Assembly (NCBI GenBank): GCA_038239345.1
Contig: JBBSEX010000013.1
Location: 15,103 to 79,102, forward strand
Origin: Bryobacterales bacterium
Lineage (GTDB): Bacteria; Acidobacteriota; Terriglobia; Bryobacterales; Bryobacteraceae
Length of the DNA: 64,000 nucleotides
Direction: 5' to 3'
The position numbers and the translations under genes were made by a program. Shown in pieces: positions 17,640-27,553 of this stretch (positions are counted from its first letter, which is position 1; the number at the start of each line of letters is the position of its first letter). The notes under the pieces are model-generated. The model worked only from the letters and a program-made list of their open reading frames with translations, was not told the DNA's origin and ran no database searches.

Positions 17640-19517
17640 TTGGGCGCGTACGCGGTCAAGGTTCTGCCTCGCCACCATGTTGTCGGGTTTCAGTTTCACA
17701 GCGCGTTCAAATAGATCGCCCGCCGCCGTTAAGTCGCCTTGCATGGCCAGCGCCACACCCAGGTTCGTGCAGGCATCGGAGCTGTCCGGAGTCAATGCCA
17801 CTACCTCGCGGAAGTCGGCCGTAGCGGACCGCAAGTCGCCAGCGCGAGCGAATTTGTGTCCCCTTACTGCAAGCGTATCCGCCAGATACTGGAGCGCCCT
17901 TGCATCGCCGCGCCGCGATCGCAAAACTTCGCGCAGGTGCGGGATCGCCTCGTCAACAGCGTCTCGTGAAATCAGCAGCAGGGCAAGATTGTAGTGCGCG
18001 TCGGGATACTCCGGCCTCACCTTCAACGCTTCTCTATATTGCACCTCCGCTTCCTGCGGCTTATCGGCCAGTTGAAGGAACGCCCCCAGGGTATTGAGCG
18101 CCACTTCGTCGCGCGGATGAAGACGTATCGCTGCGCCCATCTCGGTTATGGCACCGGTGTGGTCGCCTTTGGCTTGCAGAAGACCACTCAGATTGAAATG
18201 CGCCGTGAAATCTTTCGAATCGCGGAGCAGCAGTTTGCGCATCACGGCTTCGCGAATCACCGCACGCTTGTCGCCCGGGCCGCGCGGTAGGATCTGCAAC
18301 CAGACGTGCCCCATTTCATCGGTAGCCTGATCGCCGGCGGTTACGCGCTGCGGTGGCCGATTTGGATTCGCCGGATTCGCGCTTGAATTATCGTACGTCC
18401 AGCGCATCGAAATCGTCGTCCCCATCGGCAGATAAACTGGCGACTTGTAACGATAGACTGCTTGCCATTTCACATCCCAATGGCGGATGTGGAGCAGTTC
18501 ACTCTTCCCTCCGCCAGGTAATTGCGCGATGACTTCGACGTCCTGGCCCAGATAATGAGCATGCGGATAAATGCCGAGAAGATCGACGGCAACGGGCAAC
18601 GTGAATTTGTCCGTCACGGAGAAAGCGCGCGCATCGGCGGGAATATCAAGCGCCGCGTCATTTTCAAGTTGCAAAAGCAGGGGACGCAGACGTGGCGGCT
18701 CTTCGGAGAAATATAAACCAATCGAGGGCTGTACGGTCTCAGGCTTACCCGAGGGCTGCATGTGCATATTCAAGACCAGATCGGTGCCTGGCTCGATTTG
18801 CCAAGCCATTCCCGGCGATTCCTGCGCCAGCACTGAGCCCGGCTTCCAAAAAAGGAAATGACTTTCCGGATCAAGGACGGCCGTTTCGATCTTCAGGTCC
18901 ATTCCCGGGAAACCGGTTTGTCCATCCTGGTGATCCTTCCACCGCGTTGATTGATTCCGGTCGATCAGCAGATTGGCATGGTGCACAATGCGTTCATTGC
19001 CCGGGCGAATCTGGAGCGCCCGCACATTCCTCAGACTATCGAGAGGAAAGTGAAATAGAAAATTCCGGTACACATCCGGACCCTCCGCGGCAAGCGTGTA
19101 AGGCTCAGCCAACGTCAGCACCAAATCCGGTTCGCCGAGTTGCCAGCCGCTTGTGAATTTAGGCGGCGCAGGACGGTCGCTTGCCAAGCCTTCCTGGCTT
19201 CCCGCGACAACCCAGCGGTTGATGAGCTGAATTTGAGAGTCGCTTAGCCGGCGCTCTTCGGCAAATTTGAACACACCCGCATCCGGTAGCCAGGGTGGCA
19301 TGAAGCGACTTTTCGTGACCGCCGCAATTTGCTTGGCGTGCTTCAGGACGTCGGTATAAGTCAGCAAACTGAATGGCGCGGATTCGCCGGGACGATGACA
19401 GGGGGAACAATTTTCGAAGATTAGCGCAGCGATGTCTTTATTAAAGGTTGGAAGCACTTGCGCGATCACACCGGGAGTAATCGCGAGGAAGACGGCCAAT
19501 GGAACGGCTTGATTCAT
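17619..19517 (-). CDS. Secreted fusion: monoheme cytochrome c domain plus PHM/DBH-like copper monooxygenase-like core plus C-terminal TPR repeats
   Basis: The 632-aa product has a signal peptide, then IFENCSPCHRPGESAPFSLLTY...FMPPW (a planctomycete-type cytochrome c module). His/Met motifs follow in the PHM order: VHHANL, NMHMQ, YPHAHYLG, DEMGHVW. About 200 aa of TPR follow (YPDAHYNLALLL, ACTNLGVALAMQGD). Confidence 0.65.
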   Translation of the reverse strand: MNQAVPLAVFLAITPGVIAQVLPTFNKDIAALIFENCSPCHRPGESAPFSLLTYTDVLKHAKQIAAVTKSRFMPPWLPDAGVFKFAEERRLSDSQIQLINRWVVAGSQEGLASDRPAPPKFTSGWQLGEPDLVLTLAEPYTLAAEGPDVYRNFLFHFPLDSLRNVRALQIRPGNERIVHHANLLIDRNQSTRWKDHQDGQTGFPGMDLKIETAVLDPESHFLFWKPGSVLAQESPGMAWQIEPGTDLVLNMHMQPSGKPETVQPSIGLYFSEEPPRLRPLLLQLENDAALDIPADARAFSVTDKFTLPVAVDLLGIYPHAHYLGQDVEVIAQLPGGGKSELLHIRHWDVKWQAVYRYKSPVYLPMGTTISMRWTYDNSSANPANPNRPPQRVTAGDQATDEMGHVWLQILPRGPGDKRAVIREAVMRKLLLRDSKDFTAHFNLSGLLQAKGDHTGAITEMGAAIRLHPRDEVALNTLGAFLQLADKPQEAEVQYREALKVRPEYPDAHYNLALLLISRDAVDEAIPHLREVLRSRRGDARALQYLADTLAVRGHKFARAGDLRSATADFREVVALTPDSSDACTNLGVALAMQGDLTAAGDLFERAVKLKPDNMVARQNLDRVRAQLVGGKQ

Positions 19518-19537
19518 GACGCGGAAATTTGGCCTGC

Positions 19538-19576
19538 AAAAGTAAAAGGGGAGCGGTTTCCCGCCCCCCCTTTTTA
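19538..19576 (-). terminator. Rho-independent (bidirectional-looking) terminator after the TonB-dependent receptor gene
   Basis: The plus strand reads AAAAGGGGAGCGG-TTTC-CCGCCCCCCCTTTTTA. This forms a GC-rich stem (19548-19556 / 19561-19570) flanked by an A-run and a T-run. It lies 17 nt downstream of the receptor stop (19593) on the minus strand. Confidence 0.55.
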
Positions 19577-19592
19577 TATCGACCAGATTCGA

Positions 19593-22500
19593 CTAGAAGT
19601 CGAAGCGGACCGCGAACTGGAACCGGCGCATCGTACCGAACGCACCCGGCAGGCCGGTGATCTGGCCAACCGTGGGGCTGGTAATGTCGTTATTCGGATT
19701 ATCCAGGTTCGTGTGGTTGAACACGTTGAACGCTTCGGCTCGTAGTTCCATGCGCAGGCGATTCTCACCGATAAGCGAGAAGCGCTTCGCCAACGACATA
19801 TCCTGCTGAATGAACTTGGGTCCAAACAGCGTGTTGTAGCCGTAGTTGCCAAAGGCGTTGTTTGCGGGGATCGCGTAGGCTCCGCTCAATCCGCTGGCAG
19901 GATTGCCAGGAATGTTGTAAAGGCCCGCGAAGAATTGATTGCGGTCGCCGGTGGCTCCGCCAGCCGAGTAGGCATCTGCGGTGCCCACGTCGGGACGGCC
20001 GCTAGGTCCAACGTTCGGGCGTTGCACTCCTGCGGGGAAGGTCCCGATATTGGGAGTAAACGTGCGGCCACTGGTGTAAGTGGTAACGCCATTAATTGCC
20101 CATCCACCCACTACCCAATCGAGTGGTCTGGACATATTGGCGCCATACTTCTTGCCCTTGCCGAATGGGATATCCCAGTTCTCGGCCACCGTGACAAGAT
20201 GGCGGCTCAGGCCGTCGCTGTTGCCGTACCCAAGCGGTCGATTATAGAGGAACGTATAGCTGTCGCCGTTATCGCCGATAGTACGCTGCAAGGTGTAATT
20301 GAACTGCACGGTCGCACCCGCCAGGTTACGTACGGTGGCCTGTACCTGCAACGAGTCATATCGGGTGTTAGCACAGTCGCAGTAAAAATCGATGTCCTGC
20401 GTCCAGCCAAACTTCGCGAAATATGGCCTGTTAAGGTTCAAGTTTGAAACTCCAGGTACGAAAGCGGGCTGATTGGCGTTGATCACCTGGCCGCTAGGCA
20501 AATTAAACGCATGGCGTCCAACGTTGCCCACGTAGCCGGCCGAGACCACGAATTTGTTCGAGATGGCGCGCTCAACGGTTAGGTTATAGGCTTCCGTGCG
20601 GGGTAAGCGCACATCGGCCGGACGTACCTTACCATTGACGCCCGTCGGCAGCGGTGTTGTCCCCGTCGTTTGGTTGATCGGGCTTAGCACCAGAGTCGGG
20701 GGACCTTGAGCGAGTGTAAACACCCCACCGAATGCCGTCGGTGCGTTTAGATTCTGGTTGGCCAGAACGGGGACGTTTTGAGTTACGTTGTGGCCGAAGC
20801 TGGTTCCAAAGGTTCCCAGCGAGTAAGCCCAGCCGTAACCGGCGCGAACAACGGTCTTCGGATTGATCTGGTAGGCAATACCGATGCGAGGAGCGAAGTT
20901 TGCCCAGTTCATATTCTGAATACCGTGGCTGGAAGTTTGGCCAACACCAAAGACGTGCAGGAGTCCATCTTCCAGACTGAGGTTGGCGCCGTTACCGGCC
21001 TTATTCACAGTCTCCGGGAAGATCATTTCCCAGCGCATGCCGTAATTAATCGTCAATTTGGGACTGAGGCGCCACGTATCCTGTCCGTAGAAGAAGAAGC
21101 GTCTCTGGCGTTCCTGCGCATCCGTACTGCTGCTGACGTAGCGGTTGAAGTGGGTAACCTCGCCTAACAGAAACGTCGCCAAACCCAATCCACCGGAGGT
21201 ATTTCCGTTCGACGAAAGAACATTGGCGGTGTAGCCCGGGGCAGACGTCAATTCACCAGCGCGGTGCGAATCGCTGGGCACGCGCAGGTTTAAGGCATAA
21301 CGCAAATCGGCGCCGACCTTGATGGAGTGATTGCCGCGAATCTTCGTCAGGTTATCAATCCACTGATATTGCTGTTCGCGCTGATTCAGGGGACAGTTAC
21401 ATTGATTGGCTCCCAAGCTGTAGCCGAACTTCTCTTCGGCATCGCCCTGGAGATCAAAGTACGGTAGACCCGATGTATAGAAAGGATCGATGTTCAGTCC
21501 AGGGATGCCGGCTGCGGTTGCCGGCGAAGTACCAAGGCCGTTCGGCAGTACCTGAACCCGATAACGCATATAGCCGAAACGCAATTCGTTTACAAGCGTT
21601 GCGCTGAACGTGCGGTTGTATCCGATAGCGATGCTCTGATTTTTCACGTCGGAAACACCGGCGAAATTGATGTTGTCCAGCGCCGGACCACCAGCGAGAG
21701 CGCCAAACGCTCCTGCTGCGTTCTGCGTATAGGCCTGGTTGCTATAACGCCCAAACAAGGAAGACTTCTCGTTAATGAAGTAATCCCAGCGTGTATCCCA
21801 GGAATTGACGTCGAAGGAACGCGAACCGCTCGCCACATAGTTGTTACGATAGGGGGCGCCCGGATCGCCAGCAGAGTTCGGCAGTGGAATTAGCTTCAGC
21901 ACGTTCAACGCTTGCGGGCTCAAAAGATTGGTCGGAATCACGTTGTTCACAAACGGTTGCCGCCCCAAACCCGTGGTCGGGTCGCCCGTGAACGGATTGT
22001 AAATGATGTTGTTGCCAGAGTTGATGTAACCGCTTAAGTCGCCGTTACGGGCGGCCGCGGTTGGCACCGATGTCTTCACGCTCGATCCATCGCGGCGGCG
22101 GGTAAGCTGCGCATCGCCAAAATAGAAAAGCTTGTTCTTGATTAGCTTGCCCCCGATAGCTCCACCGAATTGATTCCACTTTGTAGGCGGAACAGTGGAA
22201 TTTTCAGCCGAGTTGAACGGGTTTCGGGCAAACGACTGGAATCCCGGCGAATTGTTGCGGAGGAACTCAAACAGCGAACCGTGAATCTGATTCGTACCCG
22301 ATTTGGTGGAGACGTTTACCAGTCCCGCTCCCGTGTAGAAGAATTCCGCGTCGTAGTTCTGTCCCGAAACGCGAGCTTCCGTTACACCGTCCAGGTTCGG
22401 ATTGATCACGATAATGCCAAGGATAGGATCCTGATTTGTCGTGCCATCCAGTTCATATCCGGTTGCGCTAAATGGCTGGCCGTTCACTTGAATCTGTTCG

Positions 22501-23051
22501 CTACCCTGCGGGTTTTCGCTGGCTGCGTGGTTCCACGTCAGCCGCTGGGCGCCTGGGGTGAGCAGTTCAAAAGCCTGAAAATTGCGATCGAACGAAGGAA
22601 GATTCAGCAATTGCTGCGTGTTATAGGTGGTGGCCACGTCGGCCTTGTCGGATTGCAACAGCGGCGCGGCCGCCGTCACTTCCACCTGTTGGGTGATATC
22701 GCCGATTTGCAGACCGAAATCGATGCGAGCAGTCTGATCGACACTGACAACCACGTCCCGGCTGACTGCGCCACGGAATCCCGAGGCAGCGATGTCAATC
22801 CGATATGTACCAGGAATCAGCTGATTCTTCTGATAGTTGCCAGATTCGTTGGTGACCATTTCGGAAACGGTCCCTTTGTTTTGATCTGTGACCGTCACCT
22901 TAGCGCCCGGAATTCCCGCGCCGGTGGGGTCAGTAACTGTACCAACAATATTGCCGAATATCTGTTGCCCGTATATGTTGCTGATCAGCAGCAATGGTAA
23001 ACACAGGGCAAACAAGACTCGAAGGCCAACTCTAAACGGTGAGTCGCTCAT
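19593..23051 (-). CDS. TonB-dependent outer-membrane receptor with an N-terminal carboxypeptidase-regulatory-like domain (Oar-type)
   Basis: The 1152-aa product has a signal peptide and the CarboxypepD_reg segment (GTVTDPTGAGIPGAKVTVTDQNKGTVSEMVTNESGNYQKNQLIPGTYRIDIAASGF). A plug region and a long beta-barrel follow, ending in the aromatic terminus FAVRFDF. An AGGAG Shine-Dalgarno sequence lies 8 nt upstream. Confidence 0.85.
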   Translation of the reverse strand: MSDSPFRVGLRVLFALCLPLLLISNIYGQQIFGNIVGTVTDPTGAGIPGAKVTVTDQNKGTVSEMVTNESGNYQKNQLIPGTYRIDIAASGFRGAVSRDVVVSVDQTARIDFGLQIGDITQQVEVTAAAPLLQSDKADVATTYNTQQLLNLPSFDRNFQAFELLTPGAQRLTWNHAASENPQGSEQIQVNGQPFSATGYELDGTTNQDPILGIIVINPNLDGVTEARVSGQNYDAEFFYTGAGLVNVSTKSGTNQIHGSLFEFLRNNSPGFQSFARNPFNSAENSTVPPTKWNQFGGAIGGKLIKNKLFYFGDAQLTRRRDGSSVKTSVPTAAARNGDLSGYINSGNNIIYNPFTGDPTTGLGRQPFVNNVIPTNLLSPQALNVLKLIPLPNSAGDPGAPYRNNYVASGSRSFDVNSWDTRWDYFINEKSSLFGRYSNQAYTQNAAGAFGALAGGPALDNINFAGVSDVKNQSIAIGYNRTFSATLVNELRFGYMRYRVQVLPNGLGTSPATAAGIPGLNIDPFYTSGLPYFDLQGDAEEKFGYSLGANQCNCPLNQREQQYQWIDNLTKIRGNHSIKVGADLRYALNLRVPSDSHRAGELTSAPGYTANVLSSNGNTSGGLGLATFLLGEVTHFNRYVSSSTDAQERQRRFFFYGQDTWRLSPKLTINYGMRWEMIFPETVNKAGNGANLSLEDGLLHVFGVGQTSSHGIQNMNWANFAPRIGIAYQINPKTVVRAGYGWAYSLGTFGTSFGHNVTQNVPVLANQNLNAPTAFGGVFTLAQGPPTLVLSPINQTTGTTPLPTGVNGKVRPADVRLPRTEAYNLTVERAISNKFVVSAGYVGNVGRHAFNLPSGQVINANQPAFVPGVSNLNLNRPYFAKFGWTQDIDFYCDCANTRYDSLQVQATVRNLAGATVQFNYTLQRTIGDNGDSYTFLYNRPLGYGNSDGLSRHLVTVAENWDIPFGKGKKYGANMSRPLDWVVGGWAINGVTTYTSGRTFTPNIGTFPAGVQRPNVGPSGRPDVGTADAYSAGGATGDRNQFFAGLYNIPGNPASGLSGAYAIPANNAFGNYGYNTLFGPKFIQQDMSLAKRFSLIGENRLRMELRAEAFNVFNHTNLDNPNNDITSPTVGQITGLPGAFGTMRRFQFAVRFDF

Positions 23052-23367
23052 TCTATTCTCCTAGGAATAACCTCTGACGGGATCTTACTAAAAAGGGCGT
23101 GCTACGTTGCCCTGACGAACCCCTGATTTGGATCGGTTCTCAGTTTATGGCGTTTGTGTGAAGTACGCAAGCTGTCGTGAGTTTGATACTGTTAAATCCT
23201 TTTAGACCATTAAATTGTTGAGCATACGCAGTTTGTTACGCATTTGTTAAAAAAGGTTACTATCCGGATGTGCTTGAATTTGCTGGTGACGGTCGCAGTG
23301 CTGACCTAGTATGGATCCATTACGCCGCTCTAATATGGATAGATTAGTAGCCGGCCTTACTCACGGC

Positions 23368-24591
23368 TTACTTCCGTTTGAGCATCTCGCCGAGCTCTGC
23401 TTCTTTGTGTGCTTTTGCCCGCGCACCCTCGGCAAACGCCGCCCTACTTCCCTCAATGTCACCCTTTTGCCGCAGAACCTGACCCAAGGTATTGTAGGGA
23501 CCGGAATCCGAGGGATTTAGCCGGATCGCCTCCCGCAGTGCAGCCACCGCACCCTCTAAATCACCCTTTTGCTTGCGGGCCGTGCCCAGCATAAAGTAAG
23601 CCTCCGCATACTCCGGGCGTAGGCGAATGGCCGTCTCCATCTCAGCAATCGCCGCGGCAAAATCCCCGCTTTGCCAGGCAATGATACCGAGCGTGTAGTG
23701 TGCCTCACTCATGTTGGAGTCGAGCGATAGGGCGAGCGCGAGTTCGCGATTCGCGTTCTCCAGGTCGTCTCTGGCCTTCAGCGCAACCGCTAAGTCGTAG
23801 TGTGCAATAGCCGAACCGGGATGATCGGCGATCACGCCGCGAAACTGGCTGACAGCCTTTTCCAGGTCGGCCTTCTGTAAGTAAGCGAATCCGATATTGA
23901 TTCGCGCCATCAGATTGGCCGGATCCAGTTCCAGAACTTTTTGAAATTCCCTGATTGCCGCATCGGCTTCTCGCGTATTAACAAGGTTTATTCCCAAATT
24001 GTTCCGGGCCTCGACATCCCGCGGTTCTATTTCCACTGCCTTGCGGAAGGCTTCGATTGCACGGGGCAAGTCGGCCAGACGCTGTCTCGCCAGCCCGAGC
24101 TCATTCCACAGGCCGGCGTATTTCGGCCGGAGCCTCAAACCCACTTCCAGTTCGCGGATCGCCGAGTCTGTCTGGCCCACTGCGTTGTAGGCCGCCCCCA
24201 GGCGATACCGATATTCGGCATCCTCTTGGCGCAATCGCACGGCCTCTTCCAATTCAGGAATGCTCTTGGTAGCGTCACCCGCAAGCCAATAAGCGACACC
24301 TAAATGGTAATGCGCCGGCGAATATCCTTGATCCAGCCGAATGGCGCGGCCAAAATGAACGATCGAGTCAGGTTGACGGCCTGTCGCCGCCAGCAGAAAA
24401 CCGATTTCATCTTCGATTTGAGCCGATTTCGGATCCAGTTCCGCAGCTCGTTCGAATGCACTCAGCGCATTGACAGCATCGCCTTTGGCCTTCAGTTCCT
24501 GCGCCCGACGAGCCCAATCCTGCGCGGTTTCCGCCGCCCATACTACCTCGGCAAGCAGGTACAGGCAGATTAGCAGGCGGCTCGATATCAC
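23368..24591 (-). CDS. Secreted tetratricopeptide-repeat protein
   Basis: The 407-aa product has a signal peptide (LLICLYLLAEVVWAAE) followed by about 10 TPR units (AHYHLGVAYW, AEAYFMLGTARKQKGD and others). It has a GTG start. Confidence 0.8.
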   Translation of the reverse strand: MISSRLLICLYLLAEVVWAAETAQDWARRAQELKAKGDAVNALSAFERAAELDPKSAQIEDEIGFLLAATGRQPDSIVHFGRAIRLDQGYSPAHYHLGVAYWLAGDATKSIPELEEAVRLRQEDAEYRYRLGAAYNAVGQTDSAIRELEVGLRLRPKYAGLWNELGLARQRLADLPRAIEAFRKAVEIEPRDVEARNNLGINLVNTREADAAIREFQKVLELDPANLMARINIGFAYLQKADLEKAVSQFRGVIADHPGSAIAHYDLAVALKARDDLENANRELALALSLDSNMSEAHYTLGIIAWQSGDFAAAIAEMETAIRLRPEYAEAYFMLGTARKQKGDLEGAVAALREAIRLNPSDSGPYNTLGQVLRQKGDIEGSRAAFAEGARAKAHKEAELGEMLKRK

Positions 24592-24612
24592 AGTTCCGAT
24601 TATAATTGGATT

Positions 24613-25482
24613 GTGTTAGTAGCTTTGCTTTCCGCCCTTCTTTCCTACCAATCCATCCCCTCCACCCCGCACCAGGATGCCTTGACGCTCTATAAGCAGC
24701 GCCAATACGTGAAAGCCGCCGAAGCGTTCATAAAGACGCTGGAATCGGAGAGCGAGGGCTCGAAAGACCACCGCGAATCGGTGTTGCTTCTCGGGCAAAG
24801 CTTTTACCTTTCCGGCAAAGTTCGGGAAGCCATTCCATGGTTGGAAAAGGCCTCCCAGTCGGGCGTAAACGGCATCGAAGTCAACTATATGCTAGGGAAT
24901 GCCTACGCCCAAGCCCGTCAACCTGACAAAGCCATGGCGGCCTATGCGGTGATGTTTGGGGTTGCCCCCAACTCAGCGGCCGCGCACCTGCTAACAGCCC
25001 AGTTGATGGTTCGCCAGGAGTTTGAAGAGGACGCCCTCAGTGAACTTGGGAAAGCCCTGGCCATCAATCCCCAGTTGCCGGAAGCGCATTACCTCTTGGG
25101 AGAATTGGCTATCTATCGCGCGCAAATCGACAAAGCGGTGGAGGAGCTGACTCAGGAAATCGCTTTAAATCCTAACTTCGCGATGGCTTATTACAAGCTC
25201 GGCGATGCCTACACGCGCCGTGAGCAGTGGGATCTTGCCATCCCGCAACTGCAGCGCGCTATCTGGCTGAACCCGAACTATAGCGGCCCCTATATTCTTT
25301 TGGGGAAATCCTATTGGAAGCGCGGCGATCTTCAAAACGCCGAAGGCATTCTGCGGCGGGCGCTAGTGCTTGACCCGCGCAACGCCTCCGCCCATTACAT
25401 CCTGGGTCAGACGATGATCCAGGCAGGCAAGACTGATGAGGGCAAGAAGATGTTGGAGCGATCGCGAGAGTTGCAGCGTTAG
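24613..25482 (+). CDS. Tetratricopeptide-repeat protein
   Basis: The 289-aa product has repeated TPR units ([44 protein letters not shown]). It has a GTG start only 21 nt from the divergent gene. Confidence 0.75.
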   Translation: MLVALLSALLSYQSIPSTPHQDALTLYKQRQYVKAAEAFIKTLESESEGSKDHRESVLLLGQSFYLSGKVREAIPWLEKASQSGVNGIEVNYMLGNAYAQARQPDKAMAAYAVMFGVAPNSAAAHLLTAQLMVRQEFEEDALSELGKALAINPQLPEAHYLLGELAIYRAQIDKAVEELTQEIALNPNFAMAYYKLGDAYTRREQWDLAIPQLQRAIWLNPNYSGPYILLGKSYWKRGDLQNAEGILRRALVLDPRNASAHYILGQTMIQAGKTDEGKKMLERSRELQR

Positions 25483-27347
25483 CCCACGTGCACCACCGGC
25501 CGGCGTTTCGGGTCGGGTACCGCGCGTCGCAAAACCTCATGGACAATCGGCGCGACATCGCCTTCCCCAAGAAATAGAAACTTGAATAGGTTGCCGATGG
25601 GGTTACCTTCGGTCCACTTGAAATAGCCGTGCGGCAGTTGTCCGGTGGTCTGTTCCAGGTGGATCAGCATCGCCGCCACCGCATTCGCCACCACTGGACT
25701 TCGGGCCTTCAGAATCGCATGCTTTCCCAGACGTTCACCCATCACCTGCAGAGTCTCTTCGAATTCCGATGCGTCTCCCCGCTCGAGTTCGAAAAAGATA
25801 ATTTGTTCTTCTGGGCCGAGGTTGTGAACGTAGCGGATTTCGCGCTCGGCGTCGTCGAGCGATGCCTCGGTTTCGACGCGGGGCCGCCGCGCCACCAGCC
25901 TGATAATCTGGTCCTCATCTTCGGCCAGCAACGCTGTTGCCACGTCGTCCAGTTCCAGATTGCAGATCCGCAATTCAGTGGAGCGCATTGCCCGCGATAC
26001 CACGGAAGTAAAGATCATTGCGCCAATAAAGAACGACGCGATCTTGATTCCTTCCGGACGTTCATAGACATTCAAAGCCGTGGTGTAAACGAAAACAATC
26101 GCGATCAATAGAAATGGCCAGCGAAGAGCGCTCTTCCACACCGAGATGGTAACCGCGAACGCCGCTGATGTGATCAACACCAGAACGCCCGTTGCGTACG
26201 CGCCGCCCTGGGCGTCGACGCTGGCATTAAATAAGTAGGTGACGGCAAATGAAATAGCCATGAACACCAGAACCAGCGGCCGCGAAGCACGGGCCCATTC
26301 GGGCGCCATTCCGAACCGGGGCAGGTAACGCGGAATCAGGTTCAGCAAACCCGCCATGGCCGATGCTCCCGCGAATGCCAGAATCAAAATCGTGCTGATG
26401 TCGTATAGTGTTCCAAATCCATCGCCCAGAAATTTGTGCGCGAGATAAGCCAGGGCCCGGCCGTTTGCTTCGCCGCCTTCTTTAAACAATGGAGCGGGAA
26501 TCAGCAGCGAAGTCAGAAAGCTGGTGGCCATCAGGAAAACGCTCATGATCACCGCGGCGGTCCCCAGCAGCTTGCGCGTATTCTTAACGCGCTCCTCGGC
26601 GTCCTTCGCTCGTATCAGCGGCATCACAGCAACACCGGTTTCAAATCCCGACAGGCCCAGCGCTAATTTCGGAAATAGGAACAGACAGAGGCCGATCATC
26701 GCCAGCGGATTACTGTTCTGGGCAAGCACGGCATTCTTCCAGTTGGTGATCAGTTCAGGATTTTCCAGCACACGGGAAATCCCGACCACGGTCACGATTA
26801 CGTTGAGACTCAAGTACAGCGCTACCAGGACGACCGCGATCCCGATCGCTTCTCTAAATCCGCGAAGGAAGATCGCACCCAATATGATAAGCAGCACGAT
26901 CGTAACGCCCATCTGGCTTTTCATGAACTCGGGCACAAACGGATTTTGCGTTACGTGAGCGGCAGCGTCGGCGGCGGAGAGTGTGATCGTGATTACGAAA
27001 TCCGTGGTCGCGAACCCAAGCAGGACCAGCACAAAAGTTTTGCCGGTCCATCGTGGAAATATTTTTTCCAACATACCGACGCTGCCGTTCCCATAAGGAC
27101 TCGCTGCCGCCACGCGATTATAAACAGGGAGCGCGCCGAACAGCGTCACCAGTACCAGGATGAGCGTCGCTAGCGGCGATAGCAGACCCGCGGCGAGAAA
27201 AGCGATGCCGGGTTGATACCCGAGCGTAGAAAAGTAATCCACACCGGTGAGGCACATAACCCGCCACCAGGAATGCTCGGATTCCGGCGCGCTATGGACG
27301 CCCTTCGGCAGGCGAACATCCGCTAATAACCAATCGGCAAAGGACAC
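25479..27347 (-). CDS. Polytopic membrane transporter, APC/amino-acid-permease-like, with a roughly 170-aa cytoplasmic C-terminal domain
   Basis: The 622-aa product has about 12 hydrophobic segments, then a soluble acidic tail. The family assignment rests on overall architecture only. Confidence 0.55.
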   Translation of the reverse strand: MSFADWLLADVRLPKGVHSAPESEHSWWRVMCLTGVDYFSTLGYQPGIAFLAAGLLSPLATLILVLVTLFGALPVYNRVAAASPYGNGSVGMLEKIFPRWTGKTFVLVLLGFATTDFVITITLSAADAAAHVTQNPFVPEFMKSQMGVTIVLLIILGAIFLRGFREAIGIAVVLVALYLSLNVIVTVVGISRVLENPELITNWKNAVLAQNSNPLAMIGLCLFLFPKLALGLSGFETGVAVMPLIRAKDAEERVKNTRKLLGTAAVIMSVFLMATSFLTSLLIPAPLFKEGGEANGRALAYLAHKFLGDGFGTLYDISTILILAFAGASAMAGLLNLIPRYLPRFGMAPEWARASRPLVLVFMAISFAVTYLFNASVDAQGGAYATGVLVLITSAAFAVTISVWKSALRWPFLLIAIVFVYTTALNVYERPEGIKIASFFIGAMIFTSVVSRAMRSTELRICNLELDDVATALLAEDEDQIIRLVARRPRVETEASLDDAEREIRYVHNLGPEEQIIFFELERGDASEFEETLQVMGERLGKHAILKARSPVVANAVAAMLIHLEQTTGQLPHGYFKWTEGNPIGNLFKFLFLGEGDVAPIVHEVLRRAVPDPKRRPVVHVG

Positions 27348-27401
27348 GTGCCAGTATAACCAAAGATGCTTTCGAATCGGCTACAATGGTGAAAGTTTCG
27401 T

Positions 27402-27490
27402 GGCCGAGTGGCGGAACTGGCAGACGCAACGGACTCAAAATCCGTCGAAGTTCACTCTTCGTGTGGGTTCGACCCCCACCTCGGCCACCA
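27402..27490 (+). tRNA. tRNA-Leu, anticodon CAA, with encoded CCA
   Basis: I folded it by hand. The acceptor is GGCCGAG/CTCGGCC and the D arm is GCG-GAACTGGCAGA-CGC. The anticodon arm is ACGGA-CTCAAAA-TCCGT, giving anticodon CAA. There is a long variable arm (CGAAG-TTCACT-CTTCG) and a T arm (GTGGG-TTCGACC-CCCAC), then discriminator A and CCA. Confidence 0.9.
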
Positions 27491-27553
27491 ACAATTCCTT
27501 GTGGTTCGCTGAAGGTCGATTGATTTAGTTAAATCGTCCGCGCCGCAGTGGAA

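Noticed and set aside
22170-23000. A 276-aa plus-strand ORF lies inside the TonB-dependent receptor gene.
   Set aside because: It is antisense to a 1152-aa ORF with clear receptor features, and it has no family signature.
23052-23367. I considered a cobalamin or other riboswitch in the leader of the TonB-dependent receptor gene.
   Set aside because: The region is AT-rich. I could find no B12-box-like GCCACTG/AGYCMGG element and no conserved multi-stem junction by eye. Only an Infernal scan could settle it.
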